Source: Phoronis australis (taxonomy: Eukaryota; Animalia; Phoronida). From it: a DNA stretch of 64,000 bases. Both the position numbers and the translations under genes were made by a program. The notes under the pieces were generated by a model that was not told the DNA's origin, searched no databases, and saw only the letters and a program-made list of their open reading frames with translations. The DNA is taken from the NCBI GenBank assembly GCA_002633005.1, contig NMRA01000175.1, positions 661,597-725,596 on the forward strand, written 5' to 3'. Below are positions 1-21,993 of this stretch, one piece after another (the stretch's first letter is position 1; the number at the start of each line of letters is the position of its first letter).

Positions 1-933
1 AAAGAAATACTAAAAAACAATCTGTAAAATCTTACCAGACAATGGAAGTTTTAATTTCTCATTTTTTCATAAAAGATATATTGCATGAAATTATGCTTCA
101 CCATAGCTAATATCAGAAAATATTTTTAAAAATTCTGGGCATTCACAACAATATTACAAGATTTTGAAAAATAAAAAGGGCAACTTTGGAATTGTCCCAA
201 ATTGGTGATATTTTACTGTGCATAATATGTGTGTAAAAATCTGTTGCTGTTTCTGTGTTTTGAACATGTGCCCGTAGTCGAAACTTAATAACAGTCAAAG
301 CTAACTTATCGTAAACCAACGGACTTAAAGGATTAATGGGGAGCCCTGACTTGACCTTAAAATCATTAAAAAATGGTGTATCTGAAGCCAATGTTTTCTG
401 GCTTCTGAAAAAAGTCAAACTTTAACTCAAGTATCTCTAGAATACAAGAATTCATAATCAAAATTTTACATCGTATAAATGCCACAATGTCTTAAACTTG
501 AAGTGATATGCAAATCAGGGATGTTCACCCAAGAGTACTGTGTTTAAATAGAAAACAGTCTTGTTAAGTGAAAATGAAGAGGAGCAAGATGAAACAATGT
601 TTTTAGTATTTACTTATTTTACAGTATTTGTGGAATGGTGTTGTATGCTAATGCGTGATTTAAATAGAATCACTATATTTTACCAGCAACAGCTCTTGTG
701 AGTGTGTCCTTGGACAACAGTGCCTTCAATTTCAGTTGAGCTTAGCCAACTGTCTTGGCTTCGTGACACTTGTTTGCTTGATATAAGACTATATCAAATT
801 GCATGTGAATATCGCTGCACTCTATGCAGTGAGGCCTAGTTACTGATATATCCCTGATCCTATCACCTGTTAACCACAGTTGTGTACGCTTCATGTATCT
901 AAAGCATAATATTTATGTTTGTTCTTAATACAG

Positions 934-10516
<9,583 letters not shown>

Positions 10517-10860
10517 CATTGCTGAAATCGTGACATTGAAGAAAAAACGGTGTTTGGTCCAATGGTGGTTCGAGCCAGTGGTTGGAAACTTATCTAGTAA
10601 TTTCCGAAGTCAATTAGATACTGTTAGTGAGTACTGTAAATGGCACAACTTCTGACGACAAGATAGCAACATATGGTTACAGTCATGGTTACGTGGCTTA
10701 AACTGCATGTTACCTGTACTGTGCCACTTTCTACTGAAGTCAAGTGATCTAAAATGATGTCTGTAGTATTTAATGAGGAACAAATCTGAAATTCCAGTAA
10801 TTTGAAGAATTGCCTTATTATGAATGTAAAGACCAAACAATGGGAAAAAATTTTGTGATT

Positions 10861-10866
10861 AATAAA
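10861..10866 (+). promoter_or_regulatory. Candidate FARSA polyadenylation signal AATAAA
   Basis: AATAAA about 345 nt after the FARSA stop, followed by a T-rich stretch. Confidence 0.5.
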
Positions 10867-12304
10867 TGTCATTGATAAAACGACTATAGTCATGGTTGCA
10901 GGTCTTTTTCCTCACCTTTTCATGTTCACGGACAACTTTTACAACATGAGACAGTTTCTATACATCTTTAGAAATGCCAGTGTTGAAAAATGACAGCACA
11001 CAATATTAGCAAAATATATTTCAGCACGTCGTACTGTTTGAGAGAGGGTCTGCTCCCCAACTATGTGAATAATAAGCTATTCAACAATCCAGTTCTCGCA
11101 GTTTGATGTTTCTTTGTACACTTACCACAGGGAGATATAACTTTCAGTTTTCTTGATGTTTGTGAACCAGTCCTGCAGTTTGCAAGAATGCTGCTTATAT
11201 GTTCGTAAGGGCCACAACTGAGGGAGAGTTATGTGCTTTAAAGGCCGAGCTGATGGCTCGGGTCAAGGCAAGAACTATTGAATGAACGAACCCATCATAC
11301 TTTTATGCCTTGATGTCAGATGCCAGTTCAACTGTCGTTCACTTGAGGCAGGCAGCTGAACTTGTACCTCTCTGTCTGTGGTGGCCAAAGACTGTTGTAT
11401 CACAGGTGAAATGGCAATACTTTTAATTTCCTAGCAGTTATGTTGCAATGAGTAAAGTTATAAAACAAAACATTATGGAAAAAAATGGTTTCTTTATTGA
11501 TATTATTCTCTGTTTGACAAAGTTTAACTCAAACTAGACTGTCGTACCACCAGTTGAAAAATTGATGTGAATGAATTTCATCTTGGCCTTCCTATAATGA
11601 TGTCGACTGACTGGACTTCGAAACCAGCTCTAGACAACAGGATATCTTTAACTACAGTTGAATGACGCTTTATTTAGTATGGTTCAAGCTGACAACAGAT
11701 TAATGAGGAAATAAATAAAACTCCAATATAACAATACCACCAAGGTACACTTGGCTATTTTACTATTTTACCATAAAATACATTTCATATATACATGTAC
11801 ATATTCCAACCCATTTTGCAATATTTACACTTTCTAATAAAATATTACATCAGGAATTGGCCCTTCTCTTCCCTGCATCCACATTTGATGCCGAACACGA
11901 CGTAATGGTTTACCAATTCAATAGGTACAGATGAACAGTCATCACTGATGAGTCTTATAAACACCGAGTTGAAAATAACAGACATTCCACTGCTTGTCCC
12001 TGGCTACAGCATTCATTGCTTTGATAGAGTTCTATCATAATGATTAGAGTGATCGCATGATTATCAGCAGTAGCTGTGAACTGATTGGCTATTTTGACAC
12101 CTGACTGGCTGATCCAATAGTATCCAAGTAATGGCTTGACTGTCTTAGGTAACCATTTTTCTGTTGAAAACTCATTGGATCAGCATGATGTTGTGAAGCA
12201 TTACCTTAGCCTGTTAACAGAACACGCAGTGGTGAGAAATGACTTGTGTTGACATACTAAATTTTTAACATAGCATCCAGCTGATTGACACTGTCCATTT
12301 GTGA

Positions 12305-15300
12305 TTAAAGTCTCATTGTGCTGACTGTTGTGAGAAGATCTTGCACTGTAGTGTTGGAAGGTGACACAATGGACGTGTTAAAGAAGTAGAGCTGAAATGA
12401 AAAGGAAACATTCACGGTAACTTTTCAAATGTTTTCATGATACGGGCCAAAAAATAATCATACAAAAATTCTGCTCTCAGCAGTCATGATGGACGTGTAA
12501 TTATATTTAAACGCAGTAGTCATTGCATTGAATTCTTTAAACATGTGTTGTGTTATGTTAAGTAAAGCAATTCATAGCTAAATCAACTATTAAGTATTGC
12601 ACTGCAACAAGTGGGCAGGAACATTGCCTCAAAAAAATTGTAACAGGAAAAATAAATTTAAAAGTATAAGAGGCTTGACAAAGTTACTGAATAAAATCAG
12701 AAAAAAGACGAAAAATTTAACAACAGTTTTTATTTTTAAAAACCAACAATTTTCACATAACTTAGCAGTTCATTGTATTTGAAACCACAGATATAGTCTG
12801 TCTGAGTTGGAACTAAATCTGATTTACAGAAACCAAGCTGATTCTAGTTCCATAAAAAGCCACCAGGGGTTGCTTAGTCGACCACCAGATGGCAGTGCGT
12901 TGATGTTTCCCATATGGCTCATACTGTTTTTAAATTCATTTACGAAGGAAAAAAAACTGCTTGACGAAATTTTTTGTCTTTCATGCAAACCCTTGACTTT
13001 TTGCATGTAGTTTTTATAACAGTTGTAATGAACACGGCAAAAATACACAACCCAATAGTCAACCGATGTCAACACCAGTATAGGTTACCAAAAGATAGCC
13101 CTTATATGCAATCTACGCATTGCAATCGGGTATGCCTTAAACTAATGAGTAAGGAAAATAATGAGCCTGGGGGAGCCCTGGCTCCACAGTCATATCTGTG
13201 AAGAATTTCTGCGGGGTACAGGTCGCCCTAGGGTGACCCGCCTACTTTCGCGGGATGCCCTTGTTGTCGCGATCTACCCGATACCCCAATAAGATCCAAA
13301 GAAATGAGCTCCAAATTAATGTCAAAGTGGTTGGTGCACACCAATTCTCAGTGTTGTTTTTTCAACAAACCCCCATTATAGGTCTACCATAGATTAAATA
13401 CCCTGAGACGCTATCTTACCATGTTGAAAATCTCGCATGTGGCACACAGCGCCACCTGGTTTCTACAGTGGTCAATAAGTGAAGACAGCTCATCTCTCAT
13501 ATGCCTATAATGCCCGATGGTTGTTTTTTTTCCGACAAAAAAACGACAAAGTGGGGGATCATGGCAGTCTGCTGTATTTCAATTTTATTTGAACCAGTTT
13601 ATGGATTCTTCCAGATGAAAGATTTTTTCAAATATTTGGTCAATATTAAATAGAAGATAAACACTTTCATTTTTCAATTCTGCATCTGCTTGAACATGCA
13701 CAAAGCTCTAATTCAATGTGTGCTGCACAGAGGGTGGTTTGTCCCCGTCTTACAATACATATATATGGGTCAAAAGAGACTTCAGTGGCAAGGCTCTGAG
13801 CCAGTAGCCTGCCTAAAACAGGATCAAGAGTAGATTAGGTCATCTTTTGATCTCGTTTTCTGCAATCTGGGCCAAATGCTTAGCATTTCTTCAAAGTGGA
13901 AGACTTATATTAATAAACTAATACAAGAAAATACAAGAACTTGAATGACTTAAAAAGATGAATTTCTGTTTTACGCAACAGGCTCTAGTCCTGAGGGTGT
14001 ATTTTTGCATACATTCATGTTACTAAAATAAACATACAGGGGCTTAAAAATTTTGTAATCCGGTGTTCAACCACCAGCCGTTGACTAGAAAGCTTCGAAT
14101 ACATAGTAATATGTAATTAGACCATGTGCATTCTAGACTAGGCCTTAGATGGAAGTCATGAATATACTAAACTATCTCAAATCTAATTGATTGCTCCTTT
14201 GGGCAAAGGCAAGCACTCCTAAAAACACCACTGAAATCCGTCAACAACAGATGTTCACACATACGTACACAAACACACGCACTAGCGCATGCACACACAT
14301 GTAAACAAACATAAAAACATAAATTCTTGCCTTTGAAGTGCTGTAGGTATCAAGTATGCATTACAAATGTCAAGATTTTTTTGTTCAAACAAGTTCAACA
14401 GTTATAGTTAAAAAATGCTTCGTCACAAGCTATTAAATCAAACAGCCCATAACCTGACAATACTTCGTGCCATGAGATATTTTGTATATTTTTCTGCTAT
14501 ATTTTTACATCCAAGCAAAAAGTCACCCAAAACCCTTCGCATTAGTGCCTTCGAAGCATTAAATTATTTTTTGCTACATTCATTTTACCTATTTCTCAAC
14601 TCGGGTGCTTTTCGATTGCGCTTGTTGCTAAGCAATACTGTACCTCTATTAGTTAAAAAATGACGCTGCATAGAGTACACGCATTTTGACATAGGATCTA
14701 GTGATAGCATGAATACTACTGTAACAACAAATAAAATGGATTTGAAAACTAAAAAAATGACAGGCTTGGTTCTTTCCATCGGAAATTGGTGCAATTTATT
14801 GCAGCGCAATACGGTACATGAGCATTCACATTTGCAGACGACATGACGACTCGACCGCAGATGTTCACAGGTGGTACGCAGAACACGTGTAGGGCAGTAA
14901 TGCCCGTTACAGGAAACGTCCTGACGCATCTCGGAGTAATTAAGCTAGTGGGGTGTCGATATGTGACTTCTAAGGGCAATCCGGCCAAACACACCAAGAC
15001 TTAAAAACCAAAATATTAATGAGATTTAGCCTGTTTGTAAGCGCTGCCAGGAAACTGTGCAACAACCACTTAGCATTGTTGTAGTTATTGTCCCATTGGA
15101 TAATAGCATAAAAAATAATTTATAAACCGTCTTTCAATGAAAAAAGTGCCACAATTAGTACTTTCTTTTATTGATGAGACGAGTACAGCATGGAAGTAAT
15201 CCTGTCTGCACCAAAAGTCATAATAATTTAAAAACACTTGGCAATTTTGTTGGTGGGGATAACGTACAATACTTACTAATAAATAAACTAACCCCACATA

Positions 15301-18300
15301 TCAGAATTCATTCACATGAGCATCCATGGATATTAATTGGAACTTTTTCGTTTTCTCTCAAGACTAGTTTTAATAAAATGCAATTGGTTTGCTGTGAACA
15401 GCCCAGTTCATTGGGTCTAAGTTCCATTAGGTTTGTTCTGTGTTCATTTTCAGTCAGTGTTCAAATACACTCAAAAGATACAGAAAAGAAACAAATTCCT
15501 TACCTTAAAGCCAGCAGCCAGCGCACCATGGAATACAATTATAAGCACCATCAGAACTATTGCAATCTGGAATGAAGAGCCAGTAATTGGGATAAACATT
15601 GGCTCCATAATTTCCAATACTTACAATATCTATAATGATAATTGTTTCAACCAAACTGAGAAAACTTGAGTCAAATTTCAGAAGATAAAAAGCTTTCGTG
15701 AGAAAAACTGTCCACTAGTCTACATGAACTAAAACCAAATCTCAAATAATGACTAATAAGAAATAACAACCACAACAAGCAGAATTGAAAGCACAACTCC
15801 AGGCATGCATCTGGCTGCATGTGACACATTTTGATGCTTTTATTCAAACAAAATGTTCATTTGTTACAGCAGTTTGTAAACTGAGGAAGTAGCATGACAT
15901 TAATTTAACCGAGTACATGTTTAAATAAATGGAAGGTAACAGTTTTTACAAATCTTAAATACACAATAAAATGTTGCAGCAATTTTTTTTTTGATTAATT
16001 CTATACTACTTTCTTTCTCAATTTTAGCCACAACTTTAAAAGACTTATCAATGACACTAAATCATTTTTTCAAAACAGCTTCACATCAGCAGCATAATGT
16101 AATTTCACCATAAAGTGAGATTAATTATTGTACAATGCAGAACAGTTACTGGTACCTGCCGTGCCTGATTGAATCAATCAGACATTGTCAGTGGGCTCGG
16201 TACCGTGGGATATATCAACAGTTTGTTTGCTTCCCCGGACCCATTTTGATAACGCAACTCTGTACAGTAACTGGTCAGAGAAATATGATCAAAACACATC
16301 TCTTATGGCAGTACGCTTCCACAGTACTTCTACCAAACAGGCTTCGTACCGTATCTTTGGTGGGTGTGGTCTGGGTGCGTTTGTCAAAATTATCCATTAT
16401 TCCAAAGCCCTGCTAAAGAGATCAGCCATGGTCTTCAATATCTAGCCACTTCACATCAACACATGCATAACTACCTTTTTATCATCCTCACTGACAGCGG
16501 GCCAGAAGGTAATGAGTAGAACACTACCAGAGAGTACCATGCCCAGAGCCACCAACAACCACCTCAACCATTCAAAGGGTATCACCCACAGGATCTGGAA
16601 AGAGTGAAGACAAATGATAATTATTATCACACGACCATTGAGAATTCTTTCGTCTTCAGATTGTACTGTAATGTTGACAAAACAGGATATGGAGTACCAG
16701 ACGTCAGATGTCACTATTCACGATCTGACCAATCAGTGCTGCAGAAACAATGAACTCAGTACAAAGCGAGTATAAAATATAGAATATTGGGTCAAAAAAG
16801 CAGTTGGTTCTGGTTAATTTGTATTATGACTCATTTAAAAACCTGCACTCACTGAATGCTTGCCTGCATCAATTTCAGCGAAGGTCCGGTGATTTTTTTT
16901 CAAGTTATACAAAGGCAAATAAACAAGGTTAAGCAAGGTTTAAAAACGCCATGGTTTCCAAGCGATGAGAAAAAAACAATCTCACATCCTTTTTACCAGT
17001 CTCAAGTAGATTTTTGTATTATGAAAAAGTCAGCAAATAAAAGAATGCTGCACCACTGACTCAATTTTCAGAAAAAAAGCATACCAGAACCCACCATGCT
17101 ATGTTTGACCTTATAGCATTTGAAATTTTAAATTTTCATACTTGATTATGCATCTTTGTCATACTTACTGAGATAGGAACATACACAGCCAGGGAGTAAC
17201 CATAGACACAGATGATCTCCAGGAAGGAATAGCCAGCAGGACTCTGTCTCCACCTTAGGACCCCCCAGACTAGAGTGGGGATGAGCCACCAGTAGCAGTA
17301 AATGGCAGTAGCAGCAAATGTTACTGTAAACAACACTTGTCAATGTGAATACAACTTAGAATAAAAAATAACCAAAAATCTTTCCACAAAAAGGCAAACA
17401 AACCTTCTTAATGACAAAAACTCAAAGAGTTCTCATTTTTAGATAGCATTCACTTTTTTCAAATGCATTAGTTCCCCCCTAAATTGACAAGTTACTAGAA
17501 AAATGAACTCATCACATGTCAGTTAGCACCTAATAGACAGTATAGCAATTCCCAAGTAATTCATACACTCCTGGTAGGAAATACGAGCCAATAGCTTTTA
17601 AACATTTCTTACACTTTCAATCACCCTGGGCCACATGCCATTGAGTGTAAAGAAAAAATAGGCCTGGATCAACGCTTCTCAATAATATGTGAACCTGGAG
17701 TAAGAACAAGCTAGTAAGTCTTCTCAAACATCCTTTCCAAGACCTTTGCTTTGGAATTAGTCCAACAGAAGATAACAGAGCACAAGACAGGCAATCTAGA
17801 AACCTGTGGTTTGATTCCCAGCTGGGATTCCTGGTGTCTCTGTGTTTATTTGATAGAAGATAAAACTGTTAGATAAATCTAGACATTGGCGAGATAATCT
17901 CCCTACCCCTATTGGCAGTGGTTTGTTTCCCATCCTGGTAAACCTAATAAATATGGAAGGCAGTAATGGTCAAGAATGTCACTTTTTGTGTTGTCATAAA
18001 TCAGTGGGTTGATATTGTACAAATAAGAATGATTTGTCTTCATACACATGATATGTTGGCCACTTCACATGACCTATACTTATAAGTCTGAAAAAATCTC
18101 TGTCCCAGCCGGGGCTCGAGCACCACGCTTTCTGCTCACCGGGCAGATGCTCTAGTCCACTGAGCTATCGGGACCACTGGTCGATTATAGAAACCTAAAT
18201 GGACTGTAATAGAAAACATCTACCCAAACTTTTGAATGCATAAACATGTACAATATTCTGTTGTTATGAATCAGAGCGTTGATATCGTATAAATAATAAT

Positions 18301-21300
18301 TATTTCAGACTTAGCTATAGGTCAAGTGATGTGACCAACACGTGGTCAGACCTTACCCTGGTGGAAGTTATAGTGCCATGTATAGTCCGCGCCAGCTGTG
18401 GCTATGAAGTTGGCCAGATTGCCAGCAATGGCTGTTGTGAAGACTAATGTGGTGCAGATCCAGAATGGCCCTGTGGAACAGAATTTGACATCAGTGTTTC
18501 CATCGAAATTAATTAAATGAGCGTGTTGCCATGCAGCTACATCGGAAAATGGCTGTTGCCAGAAGACAATAGACCTGCTGACAGAGTCAGCTCTAACAAA
18601 ACACAGCAACACCACCAGCTTGTTCACCATTCACTACATCCAACAGTGAGAACAGCTGGTTCTGTCAGTAATACTATGGAATTTTTTAACAACTCGTCAG
18701 TAACAACAATAGTAAGCCAACAGTTAGTATAGCTGCTATACTCACCATAGAGGTCAGGGTTTGGCCTGATTCTCGTCTTGAGGAAATTTGACCGTGTGAA
18801 TGGGAGCATAGAGCCTAGTATCCTAGCAACCACCTGGGCTGTGTCCACATCAAAGAATTGTTGGTAATACTCAAAGGTCCAGAAAGAGGGAGGTGGCTTA
18901 CCATCTTCCAGCAGCTACAATGGAATTGTTTGGTTTTTTTCTAAATATGATCTGTGAAATTAGTTGTGTAGAACTGACCTGTTATATCAAGCAATATCAG
19001 AGATTGTAACTCCAAGAATCTCCAAAAGTCATGTTATACGGAGACACGTGCTGCAGGCATAGATTCTGACTTCAGCGGGCAAAATTTGTGAATGACAGTG
19101 TTATTGTTTTGCAATATTTTGGTAGAAACTACAAAAATCAGTACCCCAGCATCTGTTTACAATAATCCCTGAGTTTTCTACAGACAGACCCATCTTTGCA
19201 TAAGGCCAGTGGGCATAATATATAAAGAAATATGCACGAGATGAATTCTAAAATGTTTGCTCATAATCATAGGAAGTGGACATCAAAACCGTAACTTAAA
19301 TAGATTTCCAACTATTAACTCCTACCTGTGGGGACAACCATACACCAACAATGTTATGCATTCTTGACTCTTTTGTTTTCAATTTTTGCACCTGCTACAG
19401 TACTAAATACACTCATGCGTATATTCAGTACTTCCAAATATAAGCCCGGGTGCATATTAATTTGGATTTGACTTTTGGTCCCTAAACTGATATGTTACGA
19501 ATGTACGTTCCAGACTTGTCTGCGCACTAGTAACAGTCTTATCTGCCTGGGTACATAATTATGCAAATGAAGAGACTAATGTATCATGGAAAATTCATGA
19601 CTAAGGTGGTTCACTTCACTTTATGAGACCAATATATGATCAATACTTGACTGCTATGTGATAGAAACCTTTGACTGATCAGCTTCTTCATCGTTATCTT
19701 CCACTGGAGGCTGTTGCCGTGGTTGACTGGGTTTATGTTTGGTAGGGTAGTCTTCGTCTGATGACATGCCATGTACGTGCGGAATGTCTGAAATCAAACA
19801 TGACGTCATCCAACTACCAACTACCCACTATGAGAAAGGCTGGTGGGAATCTAACACCATAATGCATGCATTTTAAGGTAAAATTAAAAACAAGGCTATT
19901 TCCTCCTCATGGTCTCACCACCTGAAATCCAACCCTATACTCAACACATGTTGCAAACTTTAACGTATTGTGAAAATCTGTTTCAATCTCCACACAGACC
20001 ATTTACAGCATCGTTTAAGTAAAAATACCTTCAATTTTGACACTTTTCCAATAATACCCATCTAACATTGATCCCCTTAAAATCAACCGCCAATGATCTC
20101 TCAAATTCCTTTCATGGTAAAAACCAATTGCTGTCATGAGGAAAATGCGAAGATGCTGTATTTAGAAGTTAATTGGCCTTATTTAATCATCATCAGTTTA
20201 GGTCACAGGTAGGACGAAGAAATTAGAAATAGCTTGAACTAATTGTTTACTAAGCAGAAATATTTATGACCAAACACTCAATTACTTGTTGCGTCCAGCT
20301 TCTTTGAAGAATGCATATATTCATTTCCAGCTCACTTGACAAACACTATATTACAGTACGTTAACAAAACTAAAGCTCATACCTTGGAAGTCTAGTTCGT
20401 CTCTGCTACTGAAAGCCTGAAACATTAAAAATGTCAGTATGGATCACAAAGTTATAAAATACCTTTTTAGAAGAGGTCAGACATGACACATTGCAATGGA
20501 CTACGGAATATATTCTACAAATCACAAGCAGTAAAAATGTCAACAAATAAAAATTAGAAAAGTGAGTTGCGGCATTCATTAGAAACACAGTCCATTTCAT
20601 GTTAGTTGGTCCACTGCAAGCTGATCAGATCTAAGTTCCTTTTGGTGGGAAACAGAGCAATTATCACATATCAGCAATGACGTCAATAGTAACTGTTTGA
20701 AGCAAGGGAGACAATTGGCCTGTGTGTGTGACACTGGAAAAAAGTGCAATGAACATTTAACATTACACCAGATTGATATCTGCTCTCTGGTCAAAGTAAA
20801 AGGGGGGTTTGTAATACACCAGGGCTAATTAGCTTGTTGTACTTTAACCTTATTTTTGCTAAAAATGACATGAAAAACGGTTGCCTTTCCCTTTAAATAT
20901 TCATTAAGGCAATCATGGTGAAATTTTTTGTTCATTGTAAAGAATTTTTGCAGTTATTGGCCCGAAGGCTACCAATTTTATCTTTAACAGTAACTTGTGT
21001 CACAGAATAGGAGGAATATGTGAACGATAATCATTTTTTTGTTTGGTGAATAATATTGCCAACAGTTGAAAAGATGGTTAAAATTTTTATTGCTGAATGG
21101 TTAGCACACTCGCCGGTTTTAACGATGTCACTGGTTTGATTCCCGGGTCGGGTAATCTCAGCTATTATAACAATTGCGTAGTTGGCAAACGGATGATATA
21201 CTGAGGAAGCACTGCCAACTCAGGGGCCTGCAGACCTTGGACATAGCGCAAGTGGTGTGGATACACAACACAGGAGCGCATTACTGTGGGAAAATTCCAG

Positions 21301-21739
21301 GACATGGGGTATTGGAGTAGTGTTGCTGAGAGCAAATTCCAGGACACTAGGGTGTTGCTGAGATCTGGAGCTAGGAGGTGTACCGGTTCCGTCGGAAAGG
21401 GGGTAATGTTTTAGACATGGCAGTTATATGAGCCTCTGTAAGCCACTACAGGACTGCTGGTTCGATTCCCGGGTGGGGTAATCTCGGATATTACTACAAC
21501 AAAACTATTACATTACTGTACTAGTCATTACACAGACTTTGTCTACAGGAGTCAGGAGTACAGACACAGTAGCATAGTGGCAGTGCAGAATGTGGCCCAG
21601 AATGGGATTCTAAACTGTACGTCCTCATATAAACAGCGCTAAACCTTAAACAATTACTGCTGGGTACTAAGTCTGTAGGACCCAATGAACATTTCAAAAG
21701 ATTATGTAATACTAATACCGATCCATCAGGAGAAGCCAT
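12305..21739 (-). CDS. YIPF1: Yip1-domain Golgi membrane protein, YIPF1/YIPF2 co-orthologue (about 293 aa)
   Basis: Exons on the minus strand: 21739-21719 (MASPDGS), 20416-20383 (AFSSRDELDFQ), 19787-19669, 18914-18746, 18470-18357, 17323-17169, 16594-16475, 15566-15504, 12391-12305 (TAA); 882 nt, phases consistent. Motifs FWTFEYYQQFFDVDT, RPNPDLYGPFWICTTLVF..AIAGNL, YSFLEIICVYGYSL, TFWPAV, HGALAAGFKLYFF are typical of YIPF1/2. Confidence 0.95.
18051..18345. mobile_element. Foldback/MITE with about 45-bp recognisable inverted arms enclosing a tRNA-like sequence
   Basis: Left arm tgttggccacttcacatgacctatacttataagtctgaaa is the inverse of right arm tttcagacttagctataggtcaagtgatgtgaccaaca. The same arms occur at 57982-58158 and 7244-7305. 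Confidence 0.7.
18102..18174 (-). pseudogene. tRNA-derived (SINE-head-like) sequence; not a functional tRNA
   Basis: Minus strand gtcccgatagctcagtggactagagcatctgc-ccggtga-gcagaaagcgtggtgctcgagccccggctgggac shows an A-box/D arm, a 5-bp anticodon stem and an acceptor stem. The T arm/B box is degenerate (gctcgag). Confidence 0.65.
21131..21502 (+). repeat. Two about 45-bp direct repeats carrying Pol III B boxes (SINE-like remnants) in YIPF intron 1
   Basis: ctggtttgattcccgggtcgggtaatctcagctatta at about 21131 and ctggttcgattcccgggtggggtaatctcggatatta at about 21457. Confidence 0.55.
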
Positions 21740-21993
21740 GCCACAGTTTGAGGTTTTCCTTCGCCACCGAGGCACTCTCTAAAAATTTGTCTGCACTGTT
21801 GTCAGTAGAATTAATCAATTGCCACTAAACTGTTACATTTGTTTGAAGAATTAATGTAAAAAAGCATTTATAAGTAGCTGAATTAAGATTATTAAAATAT
21901 AAACTAGATACAAGAATTGTAATTAATTTCTCTTTTAATGATGGAAAATTTTCTGAATTAAATTTTTGGCTTTCGTTAGTATCTAACTACAAG
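21740..21993. promoter_or_regulatory. Bidirectional promoter region shared by YIPF1/2 and TIMM29
   Basis: The divergent ATGs are only 254 bp apart, with an AT-rich core. A YY1-like caagATGgcag overlaps the TIMM29 start. Confidence 0.75.

Noticed and set aside
11944-11975. ctgatga...gaaa hammerhead-like core (similar strings at 43755 and 45442)
   Set aside because: No stem II pairing or no GAAA at the proper position.
13150-15300. Probable old TE fragments in the long last YIPF intron (ca-rich tract, partial palindromes)
   Set aside because: Boundaries and family could not be defined from sequence alone.
18102-18174. Functional tRNA-Thr(GGT)
   Set aside because: The T arm/B box is broken, the anticodon loop lacks U33, and it sits inside a repeat; treated as a tRNA-derived repeat.
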